DNA of 64,000 nt from Eledone cirrhosa (taxonomy: Eukaryota). The position numbers and the translations under genes are program-made. Below, in pieces: positions 56,064 through 64,000 of this stretch; position 1 is the first letter of the stretch, and every line of letters begins with the position of its first letter. Where the stretch lies: contig OZ024740.1 of assembly GCA_964016885.1 (NCBI GenBank), positions 435,426,001 to 435,490,000 on the forward strand. Reading direction: 5' to 3'. The notes under the pieces are model-generated. The model was given only the letters and a program-made list of their open reading frames with translations, was not told the origin of the DNA and searched no databases.

Positions 56064-57134
56064 CATCATCATCACCGTGTTACGTCCGTTCTTCCATGCT
56101 AGCATGGGTTAGAAGGGTTGTCCTGTTGTGGGCAATGTCTGGTTGGCTGACTTTGTCTTGCTCATATGGGAACTGATCTGGCTTGATTTCTACAGCTGGA
56201 TGCCCTTCCTAACACCAACCTCATTTACAGTGAGTGCTGGGTGCTTTTTTTCCGTGGTACCTACACGTTCACTCTACAGTGTGGCCTGGGTGTTTTTTTT
56301 CCATGGCACCTCCACGACCACTTTGCAGTCGAGGGTGTGGGGGCATATTGTCTATATTGTTCAGCTTCGGATTGTACCCGTGGGTGTCGGGTCTTCTGTA
56401 TTACTGCGTGACGCCAGAGGTCACAGTCGTGTGTCATCGCATTTGAGAGGTGTAATTGGGTAAGGTCGGCTTTTATCACCTCATCCCAGGTCTTCTTGGG
56501 TCTCCCCACCTCGCGCTTTCCATTGACTTCTACTGCTCTGCACCTTTTTATGCAGCTGTCATCCTTCATACGCATCACATGTCCATACCAACGCAACCGC
56601 CTCTCCTGCACACAGCATTTGATTCCTCTTATGCTCAGTCTCTCTCTCAATTCATTTATGCTTTGCCGTTCGCGTATATTACTGTTACACAACCATCGGA
56701 GCATGCAGGCTTCGTTTCTTTCTAATCTACACAAGTCTTCAACAGACAGCGTACCAGGTCTCACTACCATGCAATATTGCATCCTACAGTCTGCCTTTCA
56801 TTTTGAGGGAGAAGCCTTTTGCATCTAGCAGTGGCAGTGGCTCCCTGAACTTCTATCCCATTCTTACCTTGGTTACTGTACTTTCTGAACACCCACCTCC
56901 GCTGCTAATTGGGTCACCTAGGTAGCAGAAGCTGTCTACTGTTTCTACAGAGCCCTCCTAGAGTTTGGTGGTACTTGTTTCCTGTAGCTGTTTGCTGCTT
57001 GCTGTCCCAGCCCAGCTGCTACATGTGAAGCCTACATTCTTAGTTAAGCTTCCTGAGATCCCGCTACATCTTTTGTGTCCCCATTGTTTGCATTTGGAGC
57101 AGAGAATGGAGTTCCTACCTACACCTTTCCTACA
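56064..57134 (-). mobile_element. RTE LINE 3' fragment (degenerate)
   Basis: RLERNEACMLRW..RRLRWYGHVMRM..GRPKKTW; truncated inside the PHD finger; 3' UTR and (GAT)n tail. Confidence 0.93.
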
Positions 57135-57631
57135 GTATATATAGAGTAATGTAAATGTTATGTGAGATATTATGTGAAGTAAAGCCTTTACTCTATATAT
57201 ACTATTATATTTTCACAGTAATGTAAATGTTATGTGAGATATTATGTGAGGTAAAGCCTTTATTGTGAAATACAATAGTATATATAGAGTAATGTAAATG
57301 TTATGAGATATTATGTGAGGTAAAGCCTTTACTGTGAAAATACAATAGTATATATAGAGTAATGTGAATGTTATGAGATATTATGTGAGGTAAAGTATTT
57401 ACTGTGAAAATACAATAGTATATATAGAGTAATGTAAATGTTATGTGAGATATGTGAGGTAAAGCTTTTACTGTGAAAATACAATAGTATATATAGAGTA
57501 ATGTAAATGTTATGTGAGATATGTGAGGTAAAGCTTTTACTGTGAAAATACAATAGTATATATAGAGTAATGTAAATGTTATGCGAGATATTAGGTGAGG
57601 TAAAGACTTTACTGTGAAAATACAATAGTAT

Positions 57632-59332
57632 CATCATCATCATCATCATCGTTTAACGTCCGTGTTCCATGCTTGCATGGGTTTGGACGGAGGGTTTTCC
57701 CACTTGGGGCAAGAGTGGTTATCTTGCTCGCATAGGACTATCTGGCGGGTTTTCTACAGCTGGATGCCCTTCCTAACACCAACCACATTTACAGTGTGGG
57801 GCTGGGAGGTTTTTACCTTGTTGCCTACACGGCCACATTACAGCGTGGACTGTGTGTTTTTTTGACGTGACACCTACACGATCTCATTTGTTTCGGCCTG
57901 GATGTTGTGGCACCAACATAACTTTACATTGAAAGGGGCGGTGTGGATGGGGTGGGGGTGGTGGGACGGGGGTGTATTTTGTTAGAGATGCCTACTGACT
58001 GTAGTAGGTTTTACTTTGTATTTAGGTAAGGCGGGTCTTCTCTATTACTGAGTACCGCCAAAGGTCTCGGTCCAGTGACATTGTCTTGGTGAGGTGTAAG
58101 TGTGTGAGGTCGGAATTTATCAGCTCGTCCCAGGTTTTTCTGGGTCTGCCTATTCCGTGGCTACCATCTATCTTTATTGCCCTGCACTTTGTTATACAGC
58201 TATCGTCCTTCATGCGCATCACGTGACCATACCAACGTAGCCTTCTCTCGAGTAAACAACATCTGATCCCTCTTATTTCTAATTTTTTCCTTAGTTCGTT
58301 TATGCTTTGCCGTTCACATATATTACTATTACACATCCAGCGGAGCATGCAAGCTTTGTTTCTCTCTAGTCTGCGTATATCCTCTGCACACAATGCCCAG
58401 GTCTCACTGCCGTGCAACATTGCTGTTCGTATGCAGGCATCGTACAACCTGCCTTTCATTTTTAGGGAGAACCCTTTAGCGGCTAATAGTGGTATGAGCT
58501 CTCTGAACTTTTTCCACCCAGTTATGACTCTAGCTACTGTACTTTCAGAGCACCCTCCCCCACTGCTGATTTTGTCACCCAGGTAGCGGAAGCTGTCCAC
58601 TATTTCTATAGAACCCTCTGCGCAGTTGAAAGAGCTAGTATTTTGTAGGCACTTGCTGCTACTTATTGCCCCAGAACACCGGCCACATGTAAAATCTATG
58701 TTCTTAGTTAGCTTACCTGTGATCCCACTACATCTTTTATGCACCCAAACTTTGCATTTGGGACACAAAATGGAGTTTCTACCTACGCCTTTCCTACACT
58801 CTGAGCATGGCCACTTCCCGGAGGGGACCGCCGCCTTATTTTCTTTCTTACAAACTAGAACTTTAGTCTTAGCCAGGTTAATTTTAAGGCCTTTTGATTC
58901 TAGGCCGTGCTTCCATGTTTGGAATTTCTTCTCTAGCTCGGCCATTGTTTCAGCTATGAGCGTTAGATCATCTGCGTATAGGAGTTCCCATGGGCAGCCG
59001 GTCTTGAACTCCACTGTTATAGCCTGGAGGGCAATAATAAATAGTAGGGGGCTAAGAACAGAGCCCTGATGAACACCAACTTTTACACTAAACTCTTCAC
59101 TATATTCGTTGTTAATTCTAACCTTGCTGACTGTTTCTTTATACATGGCTTGTATAGCTCTCACAAGCCATTCATCAACACCTAGTTTTCTAAGAGCCCA
59201 CCAGATAATGGAACGGGGGACTCTGTCGAAGGCTTTCTCCAAGTCGACGAAAGCTAAGTATAGGGGTTTACTTTTAGCTAGGTACTTCTCCTGTAGTTGT
59301 CGTACAATGAAAAGAGCGTCTGTGGTACTGTG
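57632..59332 (-). mobile_element. RTE LINE, 5'-truncated, with uninterrupted ORF2 portion and 3' UTR
   Basis: (CAT)n tail at 57632, 3' UTR to 58021, coding sequence to 59332. Confidence 0.96.
58022..59332 (-). CDS. RTE ORF2 fragment: reverse transcriptase plus C4HC3 (PHD-type) finger
   Basis: STTDALFIVRQLQEK..FVDLEKAFDRVP..GVHQGSVLSPLLF..LLYADDL..WPCSECRKGVGRNSILCPKCKVWVHKRC..FTCGRC..FRYLG. The N-terminal ~220 aa of track ORF 58022-59989 are satellite read-through. Confidence 0.9.
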   Translation of the reverse strand, partial: HSTTDALFIVRQLQEKYLAKSKPLYLAFVDLEKAFDRVPRSIIWWALRKLGVDEWLVRAIQAMYKETVSKVRINNEYSEEFSVKVGVHQGSVLSPLLFIIALQAITVEFKTGCPWELLYADDLTLIAETMAELEKKFQTWKHGLESKGLKINLAKTKVLVCKKENKAAVPSGKWPCSECRKGVGRNSILCPKCKVWVHKRCSGITGKLTKNIDFTCGRCSGAISSSKCLQNTSSFNCAEGSIEIVDSFRYLGDKISSGGGCSESTVARVITGWKKFRELIPLLAAKGFSLKMKGRLYDACIRTAMLHGSETWALCAEDIRRLERNKACMLRWMCNSNICERQSINELRKKLEIRGIRCCLLERRLRWYGHVMRMKDDSCITKCRAIKIDGSHGIGRPRKTWDELINSDLTHLHLTKTMSLDRDLWRYSVIEKTRLT

Positions 59333-59959
59333 GTATATATAGAGTAATGTAAATGTTATGTGAGATATTATGTAAGGTAAAGCCTTTACTGTGAAAATAC
59401 AATAGTATATATAGAGTAATGTAAATGTTATGTGAGGTAAAGCCTTTACTGTGAAAATACAATAGTATATATAGAGTAATGTAAATATTATGTGAGATAT
59501 TATGTGAGGTAAAGCCTTTACTGTGAAAATACAATAGTATATATAGAGTAATGTAAATGTTATGTGAGATATTATGTGAGGTAAAGCCTTTACTGTGAAA
59601 ATACAATAGTATATATAGAGTAATGTAAATGTTATGTGAGATATTATGTGAGGTAAAGCCTTTACTGTGAAAATACAATAGTATATATAGAGTAATGTAA
59701 ATGTTATGTGAGGTAAAGCCTTTACTGTGAAAATACAATAGTATATATAGAGTAATGTAAATATTATGTGAGATATTATGTGAGGTAAAGCCTTTACTGT
59801 GAAAATACAATAGTATATATAGAGTAATGTAAATATTATGTGAGATATTATGTGAGGTAAAGCCTTTACTGTGAAAATACAATAGTATATATAGAGTAAT
59901 GTAAATGTTATGTGAGATATTATGAAATATATATATTTTCCACAGTAACAATATAGATA

Positions 59960-60869
59960 TGTTTCTTTTATTTGCCACCAGGGCATCAAAAGTGGGACAA
60001 GTACAATGGGGGGAGTTTACAAAACAAGGCGTCCTCAATAAGGAGGAGGCAATAACAATATATAAAAATAAAATAAAATATAACAAAAAATAAAATTTAT
60101 AACAAAGTCCTCAATAGAGAGGAGGCGCCTTGGGGGGTCGCACACACCCCCGAAAAAAGTGTGCAACCCTTCTCCTCAGGAGCACAGAAGGGGTGCTCCC
60201 TTGGTCTTTCATCTTCCTCACCTATAGTCTGATGTAGAGTGAAGGCCCATTAACACGGGCCATTCTCGCCACTTTCACCCATCTTTCATAAAAACGGCTG
60301 GGGTGCAGCACCTCTCTCTCCATCCTGATCCTTCTTCCGAAATGATATCGGAAGAAACGGACCAGTTGTTGGCCAGAGAGAAAGGTGTCTGACCTCAGTC
60401 CTTTCAGACGCGTCCACCATACAACCTCTTTCGCCATGACTATTACGCACAGAAACACCGACTCTCCTTCGTTTTTGAAGAGGGGAGGCGGCTTGATCGT
60501 TACAATAGACTCGGTGGTCAACCGGATCGGTCCCACCCTTGACAGCAGTTGTTCGACATAGCCCCACAGATCAGCAATGCCCGAGCAGTGTACCAATGCG
60601 TGTGCAACGGTTTCCTCGTCGCACACGCATCTGGGACAGATCTTTTTCGAGGGGTCCCTACCCGGGCGCCCGTGTCTGTAGAGCCTTTCTCGAACGGGCA
60701 GAGCCCTTCTATAGCATTGCCAGACCAGGGACCTCTGGAAGTTATCCATGGGTCCCGGGCTGAATGTCCTACCGAACAGGTTGGCCAGTTCGTCTTCCTC
60801 CATGCCTAGGGCTTCTCTGAGGGCGTCATCGCACCTGCTAACCACCAGCAGGTGCGACGACGCCCTCGG
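59960..60869 (-). mobile_element. L1/Tx1-clade LINE 3' fragment with 16-bp TSD
   Basis: ORF end WQCYRRALPVRERL..CPRCVCDEETVAHALVHC (zf-RVT CCHC), stop at 60222, AATAAA near the 3' end; TSD AGTAACAATATAGATA at 59944-59959 and 60870-60885. Confidence 0.9.
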
Positions 60870-61125
60870 AGTAACAATATAGATAGATAGACAAATACAC
60901 ACTTCACTGTGTTGTATAAAAGTAAACACTGCAAATGATGTGAGTTTCTATACAGAATCTCTTGTCCTGGCTTTGATATCATTGTACATGTATTAAGGTC
61001 ACTAAAGAGATGTATTCCTATATATAACATATACAACTTATATAGATGTGTGTGTAGCAGTATCAGTAGATGTGGAAAACTGATCAGGAAGACAGCAGAA
61101 ATATATTATTTATGGTCATACATGT

Positions 61126-61173
61126 CTAACCCATGCTAGCGTGGAAGATAGACGCTAAACGGTGATGATGATG
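61126..61173 (+). mobile_element. RTE 3' tail remnant
   Basis: CTAACCCATGCTAGCGTGGAAG..GACGCTAAACGG(TGA)n matches the reverse complement of 56064-56112. Confidence 0.75.
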
Positions 61174-61276
61174 ACATGGAACAAAGGAACTACCCAAAGT
61201 TTCAAGGTCTAAATTTGACCATACCTCCAGAAAACCAGAAGCATCCATTGATTTCTGGAGGTATGGTAAAATTATA

Positions 61277-61320
<44 letters not shown>

Positions 61321-61323
<3 letters not shown>

Positions 61324-61491
61324 CCAGCCCCACACTGTAAATGTGGTTGGTGTTAGGAAGGGCATCCAGCTGTAGAAAACCCGCCAGACAGTCCTATGCG
61401 AGCAAGACAATCACTCTTGCCTCAAGTGGGAAAACCCCCGTCCAAACCCATGCAAGCGTGGAACACGGACGTTAAACGTTGATGATGATGA
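61321..61491 (+). mobile_element. RTE 3' UTR fragment inside (TA)n
   Basis: Near-identical reverse complement of 57632-57808. Confidence 0.9.
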
Positions 61492-61510
61492 TATATATAT
61501 ATATATATAT

Positions 61511-61688
61511 CATCATTCATTTCATCATCATTTCATTTTACATCCGCTTTTTCCCTGCTTGCAAGGGTGGGATGGGAACTGATTCTGGCTTGATTTCTAC
61601 AGCTGGATGCCCTTCCTAACACTAACCTCATTTACAGTGAGTGGTGGGTGCTTTTTTGCCGTGGCACCTCCACGACCACTTTGCAGTG
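61511..61688 (-). mobile_element. RTE 3' UTR fragment (subfamily of the 56064 copy)
   Basis: GGGAACTGAT(T)CTGGCTTGATTTCTACAGCTGGATGCCCTTCCTAACAC..GGCACCTCCACGACCACTTTGCAGT shared with 56168-56329. Confidence 0.85.
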
Positions 61689-61721
61689 GAATGATATGGA
61701 TCCCAGTCCCTATCATCTCAT

Positions 61722-61860
61722 TTCTACAGCTGAGTAAACTGGAGCAATGTGAAATAAAGTGTCTTGCTCAAGGAAATAACACATCACCCGGTCTGAGAAT
61801 TGAACTCACAACCTTTCGATTGCAAGGCCAATGCTCTAACCACTAAGCCATGTGCCTCCA
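61722..61860 (-). mobile_element. tRNA-derived CORE-type SINE 5' part
   Basis: Minus strand: A box TGGCTTAGTGG, B box GAGTTCAATTC, then TCCTTGAGCAAGACACTTTATTTCAC (CORE-like). Confidence 0.85.
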
Positions 61861-62028
61861 TTATATATATATATAACGAAGGAAGTGTGGTAAGGATCCA
61901 AGTGGACCATAACGCACCAGAGTACTCAATACTTAGGGTAGTAGAGTGGGTAATAGGAAATTGTTTCTGGAGTCCAGAAATAGCTGTCGAAACGGCTTGA
62001 GCTCTGCTGTCGGGGTCTTGAACAGTTT

Positions 62029-62092
<64 letters not shown>

Positions 62093-62213
62093 GGAGGTGA
62101 GTTTTATTGTAGTACAATAAAGCAATGCAAATATCGGATAAGTAGCACTCTACAGTTTGTAGGACTGGAGTATAAATAATATAAGATCAAAAGATGGTTA
62201 AAAGAGTTCCAAG

Positions 62214-62284
62214 TATTTTATTATGCGCATTTCAAAAACAAATATCATCATGAGATGACATTTGCGTTTTCATCAGATAAAATA
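62214..62284 (-). ncRNA. Minimal type-I hammerhead ribozyme
   Basis: Minus strand: TATTTTAT-CTGATGA-AAAC-GCAAATGTCATC-TCAT-GATGATATTTGT-TTTT-GAA-ATGCGCAT-A-ATAAAATA. Perfect 8-bp stem I, canonical core, 12-bp stem II helix, palindromic stem III, AUA site. Confidence 0.9.
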
Positions 62285-62693
62285 GGGATACATGATATGA
62301 AGGTTAAAAAACACTTGTGAATAGTGAAGTTTTAAATCAACATATGAAAAGTAATTTTAGATGTGTGATATTGGGAAAAAAGTGAGAGGGGGTTGTTGGA
62401 AAGGGTGAAAAAGAGGAGGAGATGAGAGAGTAAAGAATGGTGGGGGAGGAGTCTAATAAGGAAGGATGAGATAGGAGGAGAGATGGGTGATAGAGAGAGA
62501 GAGATAGCCTTTAGAACTGAGAAAAATATATATTGTTTCACAAAGAGAAGTTAAAAAGCCGTTGGAAGATAATATATAATTTAAAAGAATTTGAAATTAA
62601 AAGTTGATGAAGAGAAAAAAAGGTTAAGAATAATATTAAATTAAAGTTTGTATATTGAAGGGTTTAATATGTGCGATGAAAAGAAATTGTTAA

Positions 62694-64000
62694 TATGTAT
62701 TATTTAAAGCCATCTTGGATAGAATTATCCCACAGGCTTGTTCTAATTGCTCTACTTCTCACTTAAATTTATGGTTTGGTACTTCTGAAGTAATTGGCTG
62801 GTTCAACAACCTGAATAAGAAAAACAAACAAAAATTTGTTCAATTTGATATTGCCAGCTACTATTCTTCTATTTCGCCTTCACTTCTCAACAATGCTCTA
62901 TCTTTTGCTTTTAAATATTCTGACATCACCACAGATGAACTTCACATCATTCTCACCGCAAGAAAAACCATCTTAGAATTCAACAATGAATACTGGACTA
63001 GAGCTGATACCTCCAACAACTTTGATATCACAATGGGTGCATCCGATTCATCGCAATTGACTGATTTGATTGGTATCTTTATTTTGAATTCTTTAAATCG
63101 GAAAATTCCTCAACTTCGCGGTGGAATTTATCGGGACGATGGACTTTTTACTATCTTAAATTGCAATATAGTTAACCTTAATATTATTAAGAACAATATA
63201 CGTAATCTCTTTAACCAACATAACTTAAAAATTGAATTTGATAACAGCATCAAACTAGCTAATTTCTTGGATGTATCTCTTAATCTTGACACTGGCCTAT
63301 ATTACCCTTACCATAAAAACAATGAGAATCTAAATTATGTTAATTTTAAATCTAACCACCCCACTAACATTAAAAATGCTATAGTTAGTAATATTGGAAA
63401 AAGGATATCAAACCTATCATCTAATAAAAATATCTTTGATGCTAACGCCAATTACTATAATAATGCGGTTTCTAAAGCCGGTTATCCTGATAAAATCAAT
63501 AAAGAAACCAATCCTAGAAGATCTTACAGTAAAATAATTAATTATGATCATTCCAATAACTTAAATAAAAGACCTAGATACAAAAATATAATCTGGTATA
63601 ATGCTCCTTTCTCTATTTCTATTAATAATAATATTCCTAAATTATTCTTTAGGGCCTTAAATAAATGCTTCCCTCCCTCACATATCTATAGTAAAATATT
63701 TAACAAACATACAATAAAATTTTGCTATTCCACCTCCTCCAACATCTCCAACATTATCTCTAAACACAACAATAAAATATTAAATACTAAATCACTTCCT
63801 TCCAACACTGAATGTCATAATAATAGCAGTAGTACTCCCGACGTCATTGTTAAATCTAGGCTAGATTCTGCAAACTCAAATACGACGTCAAACGTAACTT
63901 GGTCAAATGTTCACAATACCAATCTAAATCAGGAAACTATTATTCCTATCGTAAATAACTTCTCCAATCCAATTCCTCCTATGAATAACACTAGCTCACT
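62694..64000 (+). CDS. Penelope-like reverse transcriptase, partial (no start codon, open to window end)
   Basis: Manual translation, stop-free: KAILDRIIPQ..LWFGTSEVIGWF..QFDIASYYSSIS..FDITMGASDS..GGIYRDDG (YRDD 63129-63140)..NFLDV..SNHP..IIWYNAPFS. Confidence 0.9.

Larger units (their letters stand above)
54541..59925. repeat. 60/72-bp AT-rich satellite interrupted by two RTE insertions
   Basis: Unit TATGTGAGGTAAAGCCTTTACTGTGAAAATACAATAGTA(A/T)ATATAGAGTAATGTAAATGT with or without a 12-bp duplication (TATGTGAGATAT). Confidence 0.97.
62090..64000 (+). mobile_element. Second Penelope-like (Naiad-type) element: inverted pLTR (~62090-62700) plus RT, runs off the window
   Basis: Follows (TA)n at 62031-62089; minus-strand hammerhead; composition flips at ~62700 where the RT frame begins. 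Confidence 0.88.

Noticed and set aside
59333-59989. Novel N-terminal repeat domain fused to the RTE RT (655-aa ORF)
   Set aside because: It is flanking satellite that happens to be in frame with a 5'-truncated element.
61790-61860. Functional tRNA gene
   Set aside because: A and B boxes are present, but there is no proper cloverleaf and it continues into CORE-SINE-like sequence.

Overview
Repeat-saturated eukaryotic (animal) DNA with no host gene I can support. The SINE, RTE and MITE sequences resemble those I recall from cephalopod (Octopus-like) genomes; this is an inference. About three quarters of the window is tandem repeat: 52-, 45-, 67-, 29-, 75-, ~20- and 60/72-bp units plus microsatellites. 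These explain nearly all long ORFs in the track. Real coding remnants are retroelements: two Penelope-like (Naiad-type) elements at ~1.3-4.5 kb and 62.1-64.0 kb, each with a minimal type-I hammerhead ribozyme motif; several RTE-clade LINE fragments, some with a PHD-type finger after the RT; and one L1/Tx1 3' fragment with a 16-bp TSD. Most notable: (1) two independent copies of one tRNA-derived SINE whose A-box head is amplified in tandem with the same 45-bp period and junction inside intact TSDs, plus a third A-box-like 29-bp array; (2) two divergent RTE copies inserted at the identical nucleotide of a satellite unit; (3) an uninterrupted Penelope RT frame missed by the ORF track, preceded by an inverted segment with a textbook hammerhead; (4) a long hairpin-rich 3' region in the first Penelope copy; (5) kb-scale higher-order structure in the large satellites.
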